DNA of 64,000 nucleotides from an archaeon GW2011_AR15 (GTDB lineage Archaea; Nanobdellota; Nanobdellia; Woesearchaeales; GW2011-AR15): NCBI GenBank assembly GCA_000830295.1, contig CP010425.1, positions 864,001 to 928,000 of the forward strand, read 5' to 3'. Shown piece by piece: positions 56,574 to 64,000 of this stretch (position 1 is its first letter; each line of letters starts with the position of its first letter). The notes under the pieces were generated by a model. It saw only the letters and a program-made list of their open reading frames with translations, ran no database searches and was not told where the DNA came from. The position numbers and the translations under genes were made by a program.

Positions 56574-59500
56574 ATGCTGGAGTTCATAAAAAAACCCAAT
56601 ACTGACAGGGAAATTTACAGTATTCTTCATCCTTTTCTGGCAAAATGGTTCAGGGATAAATTCGGGGCTTTCTCAGAGCCGCAGAGATACGGCATCATGC
56701 CTATCCATAACAAAGAAAACACCCTTATTTTTGCCCCTACAGGGACGGGAAAGACGCTTACTGCCTTTACTTCTATAATAAATGAGCTTTCTTTCCTGGC
56801 AGAAAAAAATGAGCTGGAAGACAGGGTCTACTGCGTCTATATCTCTCCGCTGAAAGCGCTTTCAAGAGATATCAGGGTAAACCTTACGGATCCGCTCTCA
56901 GAAATAAAGAAAATAGCAAAAGAGGATAAGAAAAAAATAAACATAAGGGTTGAGGCAAGGACAGGAGATACTAGCACGAGCGCAAAATCAAGGATGCTGA
57001 AGACACCTCCCCATATCCTTATTACAACTCCGGAAAGCTTTGCAATTGTCCTGACATCAAAGAAGTTCAGGGAGCACCTGGCAAAAGTAGATTGGGTGAT
57101 AGTTGATGAGATACATTCCATGGCATCAAGCAAGAGGGGAGTCCATCTCTCGCTTTCCCTTGAAAGATTGCGGAACCTGACAAATTTTACAAGGATAGGG
57201 CTTTCTGCAACAGTAGCCCCGCTAGAAGAGGTCGCCAAATTTCTCGCCGGAAAAGAGGGAGATAGTTTCAGGAAGTGCAAAATAGTCGATGCGCAGTTCA
57301 TAAAAAAGATGGACCTGAAAGTACTTAGCCCTGTTGAAGACATAATAAGGACAAGCCACCAGCAGACACACCAGAGGATGTATGAGATTATTGATGACCT
57401 TGTCCAGAGCCATAAGACTACATTAATATTTACAAACACAAGGTCTGCAACAGAGAGGGTTGTCCATTACCTAAAAGACAAATTCCCCGGGCATTATACA
57501 GAAAACCCCGGGGAAGAGGATTCAAGATCGCTTATAGGGGCGCACCATGGCTCGCTTTCAGCAAGCCACAGGATTAAGATAGAAAACCAGCTGAAAGAAG
57601 GGAAGCTGAAAGCCATTGTCTCTTCAACCTCGCTTGAGCTTGGGATAGATATAGGCTATGTTGACCTCGTTATCCTGCTGGGAAGCCCAAAGTCAGTTGC
57701 AAGGGCGCTCCAGAGAATAGGAAGGAGCGGGCACAAGCTGCACGATACAGCCAAGGGGAGAGTTATAGTGCTGGACAGGGATGACCTTGTGGAATGTGCA
57801 GTGCTCCTGAAATCAGCCATTGAAAAAAAGATAGACAAGATCAGCATCCCAAAAAACTGCCTTGATGTCCTCGCGCAGCAGATATTCGGGATTGCGATTG
57901 AGGATGTATACCACATAGACAAAATCTATGAGACTGTAAAGAGAAGCTACAATTATGAAACCCTGACAAGAAAGGACTTTGATTCTGTAATAGATTACCT
58001 GGCGGGCGAGCATGTTTCCCTTGAAGACAGGAACGTGTATGCAAAAATATGGGTTGACAAGGAAACAGGCAATGTTGGAAGGAGGGGGAAGCTTGCAAGG
58101 ATGATTTACATGACAAATATAGGGACTATACCGGACGAATCGTATATAACAGTAAAGCTCGGGGAAGAGATTGTAGGAAAGCTTGATGAGAATTTCCTTG
58201 AAAAGCTGAAGAGAGGGGATGTCTTTGTCCTTGGCGGAGAGACTTACGAGTTCCTGTATGCGAGAGGCATGTCTGCTGTTGTAAAGACAAGTGCAGGAAG
58301 GCCCCCCACAGTGCCGTCATGGGTTTCAGAGATGCTCCCCCTGAGCTTTGACCTTGCGCTTGAGATACAGAAATTCAGGAGACTCATGGAGGAGCAGCTT
58401 AAGGCAAACAAGAAAAAAAGCGAAATTCTGGATTTTGTTAATGGCTACCTCTATGTTGACAAATACGGGGCCAACTCAATATATGAGTATTTCAGGGAGC
58501 AGTTCCTCTATTCAGAGATACCGAATGACAAGAAAATTGTAGTCGAGCATTTCAAAGAGGAAAACAAGAAGTACATTGTCTTTCATATGCTTTACGGGAG
58601 AAGGGTAAATGATGTCATGAGCAGGGCGCTTGCTTATGCTATCTCAAGGAAGCAGAAGCAGGATGTTGAGATCTCAATCTCTGACAACGGATTCCTGCTG
58701 AGCTATCACGGCAGCCTGCAGGCGCTCCATGCACTTAGGATAATCAAAAGCTCGGATTTGAGGAAGATAATGGAGCTTGCCCTGGAAAAGACAGAAGTGC
58801 TAAAGAGGAGGTTCAGGCACACTGCCTCAAGAGGGCTGATGATACTCAGGAACTACATGGGAAGAAGAAAGACAGTGGGAAGGCAGCAGGTCAGCTCAAT
58901 GCTGCTTCTCAATGCTGTGAAGAGGATATCCAATGATTTCCCTATGCTTAGGGAAGCAAGGAGGGAAGTGCTTGAGGACCTGATGGATATAGATAATGCG
59001 CAATATGTGTTTGAGCAGATAGAAAAGGGGAAAATTAAGGTTGTGGAATCATACAAGGATTTTCCAAGCCCATTCTCCTTCCATCTTGTAATGCAGGGGT
59101 ATTCTGATATATTCAAGATTGAGGATAAGATTGAGTTCCTGAAGAGGATGCATGAAAAAGTTCTGAAAAAAATAGAGAACCCTGAGGAAAAGACAGAGCT
59201 TAACTACCATGAACTCTGGAGGAAGATGGAAGAGGGCAGGGAAAAGGAAAAAGAAGAAGAAAAGGAGGAGCTGAAGAGACTGGCGTGGAATGTTGAAAAA
59301 GCACCCATGTTTGCAAAAGAAGAGATAGTAAAGATGATAGAAGGAGAGGATGTTGAGCAGGGAGTAATTGACAATTTCAAAAAATACAAAGAAGAAATCG
59401 AACTCAATTTTCCGAACAGGCTCAGGAAATTTGTCTTTAAATACATAGAGGCTCATGATTACAACAGTGTGCTGCTGAAGCAGTTTGAGGATGCATACAG

Positions 59501-59681
59501 GAAAGTAAGATTCGATGCAGACATATATTTTGAGGGAAAGGCTGTTATAAACGGGAAAAGGGCATATGTCAGCAAGAAATTCAGGGACTGGCTGGATACA
59601 CTGCTTAAAGGTGCAGTGCCATATGCATGGAAGAATGAAATAATCAAGTTTTTCATGAAGGTAAGAAAAGAGATCGAGTAG
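56574..59681 (+). CDS. lhr: ATP-dependent helicase Lhr (core) with C-terminal extension
   Basis: APTGTGKT, SPLKAL, ITTPES, DEIH, GLSAT, HHGSL, SLELGIDIG, QRIGRSGH, NIGTIPD and PTVPSW.SE. Confidence 0.93.
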   Translation: MLEFIKKPNTDREIYSILHPFLAKWFRDKFGAFSEPQRYGIMPIHNKENTLIFAPTGTGKTLTAFTSIINELSFLAEKNELEDRVYCVYISPLKALSRDIRVNLTDPLSEIKKIAKEDKKKINIRVEARTGDTSTSAKSRMLKTPPHILITTPESFAIVLTSKKFREHLAKVDWVIVDEIHSMASSKRGVHLSLSLERLRNLTNFTRIGLSATVAPLEEVAKFLAGKEGDSFRKCKIVDAQFIKKMDLKVLSPVEDIIRTSHQQTHQRMYEIIDDLVQSHKTTLIFTNTRSATERVVHYLKDKFPGHYTENPGEEDSRSLIGAHHGSLSASHRIKIENQLKEGKLKAIVSSTSLELGIDIGYVDLVILLGSPKSVARALQRIGRSGHKLHDTAKGRVIVLDRDDLVECAVLLKSAIEKKIDKISIPKNCLDVLAQQIFGIAIEDVYHIDKIYETVKRSYNYETLTRKDFDSVIDYLAGEHVSLEDRNVYAKIWVDKETGNVGRRGKLARMIYMTNIGTIPDESYITVKLGEEIVGKLDENFLEKLKRGDVFVLGGETYEFLYARGMSAVVKTSAGRPPTVPSWVSEMLPLSFDLALEIQKFRRLMEEQLKANKKKSEILDFVNGYLYVDKYGANSIYEYFREQFLYSEIPNDKKIVVEHFKEENKKYIVFHMLYGRRVNDVMSRALAYAISRKQKQDVEISISDNGFLLSYHGSLQALHALRIIKSSDLRKIMELALEKTEVLKRRFRHTASRGLMILRNYMGRRKTVGRQQVSSMLLLNAVKRISNDFPMLREARREVLEDLMDIDNAQYVFEQIEKGKIKVVESYKDFPSPFSFHLVMQGYSDIFKIEDKIEFLKRMHEKVLKKIENPEEKTELNYHELWRKMEEGREKEKEEEKEELKRLAWNVEKAPMFAKEEIVKMIEGEDVEQGVIDNFKKYKEEIELNFPNRLRKFVFKYIEAHDYNSVLLKQFEDAYRKVRFDADIYFEGKAVINGKRAYVSKKFRDWLDTLLKGAVPYAWKNEIIKFFMKVRKEIE

Positions 59682-59741
59682 ACTTATGCTGGACAAGAAA
59701 TCTCGCAAATCTTTATAAAACACCCATGTTTCCCCTATATC

Positions 59742-60422
59742 ATGCATGTTGACACAGCTGACTACAATGGAAATCCGAACATAGGGCTTTTCTGCTATGC
59801 CAATAACAAGTACTGCCTGGTCCCGTCAGATTTTCCGGACAAGCTTTCAGCAAAATTCGAGAAAATCCTGAAAGTGCCGGTTCATAAGATGAGGGCGGCA
59901 GGAACAGACCTGCTTGGCGTGTTTTTTTCAGGGAATGACGATGTTCTTCTGGTGCCCATGATAATGTTTGATTCAGAGCTTGCAGAGTTGCGCAGGCTGA
60001 AAATCAATTACAGGATTATCGAGTCGGAACTCACAGCACTCGGCAATAACCTCATTGTTACAGAAAAAGCCTGCATAGCAAACCCCGACTATACAGAAAG
60101 CATGCTGAAAAATATAGAAAAAGACCTTGGAGTAAAAGCTGTCAGCGGAAAAATATCTAAACTGAATACAGTTGGCTCCCTTGTCAAAATAGGCAGGGGA
60201 AGCTGCCTCGTAACACCGGAGATAGAGCCATTTGAAGAAAAATTCCTGAAGGACAAGCTTAAGATTGCCGTAAAAAAAGGGACAGTAAACTTCGGCTCTC
60301 CATATATAAGCTCAGGAGTAGTATGCAATTCCAACGGGTTCATAATAGGCGAGGCCTCAGGCGGACCTGAGATACAGAATGCTGATGAAGCTCTTGGATT
60401 TATAGATACAGGGGGTGAGTAA
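59742..60422 (+). CDS. eif6: Translation initiation factor 6 (aIF6)
   Basis: GNPNIGLF, TALGN, TVGS, GTVNFGSPYISSG and E..ALGF pentein repeats. Confidence 0.92.
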   Translation: MHVDTADYNGNPNIGLFCYANNKYCLVPSDFPDKLSAKFEKILKVPVHKMRAAGTDLLGVFFSGNDDVLLVPMIMFDSELAELRRLKINYRIIESELTALGNNLIVTEKACIANPDYTESMLKNIEKDLGVKAVSGKISKLNTVGSLVKIGRGSCLVTPEIEPFEEKFLKDKLKIAVKKGTVNFGSPYISSGVVCNSNGFIIGEASGGPEIQNADEALGFIDTGGE

Positions 60423-60425
60423 GAT

Positions 60426-61391
60426 ATGTCCGACATAAAGGTTTTTTCAGGAAGCGTGCACAGGGAGTTTGCAGAAGAGATATGCAGGCACCTTAAAATA
60501 TCCCTTTCAGAAGTAATACTGAAAAAATTCCATGACTCTGAAACGTATGTTAAATATCTGGAGAAAGTCAGGGGGGAGGATGTTTTCATAATCCAGCCGA
60601 CATCAAGGCCTGTCAATGAGAGCCTGATGGAGCTGCTTATAATGATAGATGCCCTGAAGAGGTCAAGCGTCAACAGGATAAACATTGTTGTGCCATACTA
60701 TGGATATGCAAGGCAGGACAGGAGGGCATCTGCCAGGGAGCCCATAACTGCAAAGCTTGTCGCAAACCTTCTTACAGCAGCCGGAGCAGACAGGATAGTG
60801 ACTGTTGACCTGCACAGCCCGCAGACAGTAGGATTCTTTGATATAGATGTTGACCATTTTGAGGCATATCCCCTATTCGCGGAATATTTCAGGAAAAAGA
60901 ATCTTAAGGATATTGTTGCAGTTGCCTCAGATTCCGGGTTTGCAAAAAAGACAAGGAAATTCGCCAAGCTTATGGAATGCCCGATGGCGATAATAGACAA
61001 GAGAAGGCAGGTGCACAACAAAGCAGAGATTGTGAATGTCATAGGGGAGGTAAAAGGGAAGATCTGCCTTCTTATTGATGATATGATTGATACAGGCGGG
61101 ACTGTTTCAAAAAGCGCTGATGCACTGATGGAAAAAGGAGCTAAAGAAGTCTATATTGCTGCAACACACGCAGTCTTCAGCGGGGACGCAGTAGAGAAGC
61201 TTGAAAAATGCGGGGCAAAGGAGATTATTGTAACAGATACGGTCCCTATTCCAAAAGAAAAGAGAATATCAAAACTGAAGATACTTTCAGTTGCAGAGCT
61301 CATGGCGCAGGTTATACAGAGGATACATGACCATAAGTCCCTAGGCGAATTATTCTCATGGGAGGAGAAAGTGGATGTCAGGCACAAGTAA
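60426..61391 (+). CDS. prs: Ribose-phosphate pyrophosphokinase (PRPP synthase)
   Basis: VPYYGYARQDR, VDLHS, DKRR, DDMIDTGGT and ATHAVFSG. Confidence 0.95.
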   Translation: MSDIKVFSGSVHREFAEEICRHLKISLSEVILKKFHDSETYVKYLEKVRGEDVFIIQPTSRPVNESLMELLIMIDALKRSSVNRINIVVPYYGYARQDRRASAREPITAKLVANLLTAAGADRIVTVDLHSPQTVGFFDIDVDHFEAYPLFAEYFRKKNLKDIVAVASDSGFAKKTRKFAKLMECPMAIIDKRRQVHNKAEIVNVIGEVKGKICLLIDDMIDTGGTVSKSADALMEKGAKEVYIAATHAVFSGDAVEKLEKCGAKEIIVTDTVPIPKEKRISKLKILSVAELMAQVIQRIHDHKSLGELFSWEEKVDVRHK

Positions 61392-61767
61392 GGAAGAATT
61401 ATACACAGAGCTGAAAGCCCTTGACGAGGAAGTAAAGGCCCTCAATTCCCATCTTGAGAGGATAGATGAGCAGCTTTCTGAACTGGGCTCTTCAAAAAGA
61501 GTTGTCAATGAATTCTCAGAGCTGAAAAAGGGAGAAGAGCTGAGGGTCCTGCTGTCATCCGGCATATATGTAAAAGCAGAGCTGGCAGATACAAAAAACC
61601 TCATGGTGAATGTAGGGGCAAATGTATCCGTTGAAAAGACCCCAGAAGAAGTTGCCAAAATCCTCGATTCCCAGCTTGTCGAGCTTTCGGGCTACAGGGA
61701 AAGCCTTGTCGGGCAGATGCGCACAATAATAAAGAGAATTGAAGAGATACAGAAAGAGTTTGAATAA
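61375..61767 (+). CDS. pfdA: Prefoldin alpha subunit
   Basis: Coiled coils flanking ELRV.LSSGIYVKAEL...MVNVGANVSVEK. Confidence 0.9.
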   Translation: MSGTSKEELYTELKALDEEVKALNSHLERIDEQLSELGSSKRVVNEFSELKKGEELRVLLSSGIYVKAELADTKNLMVNVGANVSVEKTPEEVAKILDSQLVELSGYRESLVGQMRTIIKRIEEIQKEFE

Positions 61768-61842
61768 CGAAAATCCGCTACCAAGTATTCTCAAGCTAAA
61801 CCCCGGAATTTACGACTCTCGTTTAACAGCGGATTCTCGGGC

Positions 61843-61867
61843 TAGAAAATTTCTGCAAAATTTTCTA
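61843..61867. promoter_or_regulatory. Perfect inverted repeat adjoining the ftsY TATA region
   Basis: TAGAAAATTT-CTGCA-AAATTTTCTA, immediately followed by TAAATTTATAAG. Confidence 0.4.
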
Positions 61868-61902
61868 TAAATTTATAAGGAATGCATTTCTTCCTGAATT
61901 CT

Positions 61903-63222
61903 ATGTTTGGATTTTTGAAAGACAAGCTTAAGGAAGCCATTGGCAGGTTTACCAGGAAGGCTGAAGAAGAGGCAAAGGTAGTTGAGGAAACAGAGGAGAT
62001 TAAAGAGAAACCCGTAGAGAAGAAGCCTGCTGAAAAGAAAGAAAAGCCAAAGGAAAAGAAAGAAGAGAAAAAAGAAGAAAAGAAAAAAGAGATTAAGAAA
62101 GGTAAACCAGAGAAGGAAACAACAAAGAAAGAGAAAATTGAGGAAGAAGAAGCTATAGTTCTAAAAGAACCAATCGATGACTCCAAAGAAGAAAAAGCAG
62201 AGGAAGAAAAGAAAGAAGAAAAGAAGGAAAGCTTCTTTGGCAAACTGTTTAGAAAGAAAGAAGCTGAGGAAGTGCCGGCTGGGAAGCCAGGACAGGAACC
62301 AGAAAAGAAAGAAGAGCCCGAGGAAAAAGAGCCTGAGGAGAAAAAAGGATTTTTTGAAAAGATAGCTGAGAGGATTACAAAAGTCTCGCTTTCTGAGAAA
62401 AAATTTGATGAATTGTTCTGGGAGCTTGAGCTTATAATGCTGGAGAATAATGTTGCGGTCGAGGTCATTGAAAAAATCAAGCAGGACCTTAAGAAAGACC
62501 TTGTTGACAAGCTAATCCCAAGGAAAAATCTTCAGGAACAGATTATAGACTCACTGAGGAAATCCATTGAGAGCCTGTTTGATGTTGAAAAGATTGACCT
62601 GATTAAAGAGGCAAAAAAGAAAAAGCCGTATATCGTTGCAATAATAGGCATAAACGGCTCCGGAAAGACAACCACTCTTGCAAAAATTGTCCATCTCCTG
62701 AAGAAGAACAAATTGGAGCCAGTAGTTGCAGCCTGCGATACTTTCAGGGCGGCTGCCATACAGCAGCTTGAGGAGCACACGGCAAAGCTTGGGGTAAAGC
62801 TGATAAAGCAGGATTACGGCTCTGACCCTGCAGCAGTTGCCTATGATGCTATTGAGCATGCAAAGTCAAGAGGGAAGGACGTCGTGCTTATTGATACGGC
62901 AGGAAGGCTTCATTCCGACAAGAACCTGATGCAGGAGCTTGAGAAGATAATAAGGATTTCAAAGCCTGACCTGAAAATATTTGTCGGGGAGAGCATTGCA
63001 GGGAATGACGTTGTGGAGCAGGTGAATTATTTCAATGACAAGGTCGGAATAGATGCAATTATACTTTCAAAGGCAGATACTGATGAGAAGGGCGGAGCTG
63101 CTATTTCTGTTTCTTATGTCTCCGGAAAGCCCATAATGTTTCTTGGCACAGGCCAGGGGTATGATGATCTCGAAGAGTTTGACAAAAAGAAACTTATGAA
63201 GCAGATCGGGCTAATGCAGTAG
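61903..63222 (+). CDS. ftsY: Signal recognition particle receptor FtsY
   Basis: MFGFLKDKL start, E/K-rich N-terminal domain, GINGSGKTTT, DTFRAAA, DTAGR and D.DEKGG. Confidence 0.96.
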   Translation: MFGFLKDKLKEAIGRFTRKAEEEAKVVEETEEIKEKPVEKKPAEKKEKPKEKKEEKKEEKKKEIKKGKPEKETTKKEKIEEEEAIVLKEPIDDSKEEKAEEEKKEEKKESFFGKLFRKKEAEEVPAGKPGQEPEKKEEPEEKEPEEKKGFFEKIAERITKVSLSEKKFDELFWELELIMLENNVAVEVIEKIKQDLKKDLVDKLIPRKNLQEQIIDSLRKSIESLFDVEKIDLIKEAKKKKPYIVAIIGINGSGKTTTLAKIVHLLKKNKLEPVVAACDTFRAAAIQQLEEHTAKLGVKLIKQDYGSDPAAVAYDAIEHAKSRGKDVVLIDTAGRLHSDKNLMQELEKIIRISKPDLKIFVGESIAGNDVVEQVNYFNDKVGIDAIILSKADTDEKGGAAISVSYVSGKPIMFLGTGQGYDDLEEFDKKKLMKQIGLMQ

Positions 63223-63777
63223 CCATACAATTACATCGCTGAATATGAGGAACCAGATAAGATTGTTTGTTACATTTGCTATACCGTCAGCAGCTGCCAG
63301 CACAAAAGGCTTCATCACAAGGCTGATGAATATGCCTCCGATGTACTGGAGTATGCTTGTTATGAATCCTACTGTCTGAAGGCTTAACCCTGTCATGTAA
63401 AGCGAGATTAAATTTGCTATTACCGACACGCCAACAAAAGCATATGATTCCCATTTCATGCCCTGCCCGGCAAGGACTTTAGGGATTATATAGCCGAACA
63501 GGATAAAAGCGAGGGTGTATGTAATTCCATAATATCTTGTTACCACTATTTCAAAAAAGAAAAGAGGGCTTACATCAATCGGCAGATGGTACAGCTTTGA
63601 ATAGTAAATTATAACAGCATTTATCCCTACAAAAAGCACGTAGAAAGAAGCTTTTTTTGCAAACAGCAGAAGCACCAGAATAAAGGCCACGAGAAGAAAT
63701 AACCTGAACTTCTTTGATTGTATAATCCGTCCTATAGCTAGATTATCCTCTCTTTTGGCATTCCTTCTCCTTTTCAT
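63211..63777 (-). CDS. Multi-pass membrane protein
   Basis: About six hydrophobic segments. Start reassigned to ATG 63777, giving an ATGA overlap with the CBS gene. Confidence 0.65.
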   Translation of the reverse strand: MKRRRNAKREDNLAIGRIIQSKKFRLFLLVAFILVLLLFAKKASFYVLFVGINAVIIYYSKLYHLPIDVSPLFFFEIVVTRYYGITYTLAFILFGYIIPKVLAGQGMKWESYAFVGVSVIANLISLYMTGLSLQTVGFITSILQYIGGIFISLVMKPFVLAAADGIANVTNNLIWFLIFSDVIVWLLH

Positions 63778-64000
63778 CTGAACAGTAGGTAATTGAGCAA
63801 GAAGAACAGCGTTACTATGAGAAACAGGATGAAATAAAACCTTGAGTCCCACAGCAGCATCTTGTAGGCACTATAAATCTTGTTCATGCTGTTTATTATG
63901 TCTGTCTGGGATATGACCCCCACCATTTCGCCCTCAGAATTCACAACCACAAGCTTCCTCACTCTTTTTTCCCTCATCAGGTTTCCGGCGCTTAATATTG
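63774..64000 (-). CDS. Partial CBS-domain protein with C-terminal TM helix (starts beyond the window)
   Basis: Frame open to the window end: ILSAGNLMREKRVRKLVVVNSEGEMVGVISQTDII (CBS motif), then FYFILFLIVTLFFLLNYLLF. Confidence 0.8.
   Translation of the reverse strand, partial: ILSAGNLMREKRVRKLVVVNSEGEMVGVISQTDIINSMNKIYSAYKMLLWDSRFYFILFLIVTLFFLLNYLLFR

Noticed and set aside
61960-62350. GAA/AAA-rich low-complexity tract as a tandem repeat element
   Set aside because: It encodes the ordinary Glu/Lys-rich N-terminal domain of FtsY.

Overview
A 64 kb, gene-dense, A+T-rich archaeal chromosomal segment. It most likely comes from a DPANN/Woesearchaeota-type organism; this is inferred from archaeal TATA boxes, aIF6, prefoldin alpha, uL16/L10e, EndoQ and an S-layer protein occurring with bacterial-type MutS1, Lgt, Rel, class I GAPDH and class I PRPP synthase. 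It contains a complete A/V-type ATPase operon (H-I-K-E-C-F-A-B-D), an intron-containing tRNA-Met(CAT), three superfamily 2 helicase genes (one truncated), several surface, pilin-like and lipoprotein genes, and a small accessory island around a divergent GAPDH. The main non-coding signal is at about 6340-6540: a near-consensus archaeal origin recognition box (ORB) embedded in an array of GTCTCA repeats, partly spaced about 11 bp apart. It lies next to an unnamed coiled-coil/winged-helix gene rather than orc1/cdc6, making it a candidate replication origin or centromere-like site with its own binding protein. Other highlights are a tRNA-Met intron carrying an antisense element placed to guide C34 methylation, an NTase-NTase-HEPN-HEPN fusion coupled to a putative HExxH peptidase, a full-length Rel enzyme, an Lgt with four candidate lipobox substrates, and dispersed GC-rich hairpin repeats. 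No CRISPR array, rRNA or transposase was seen. All calls come from motif recognition by eye; no database searches were run.
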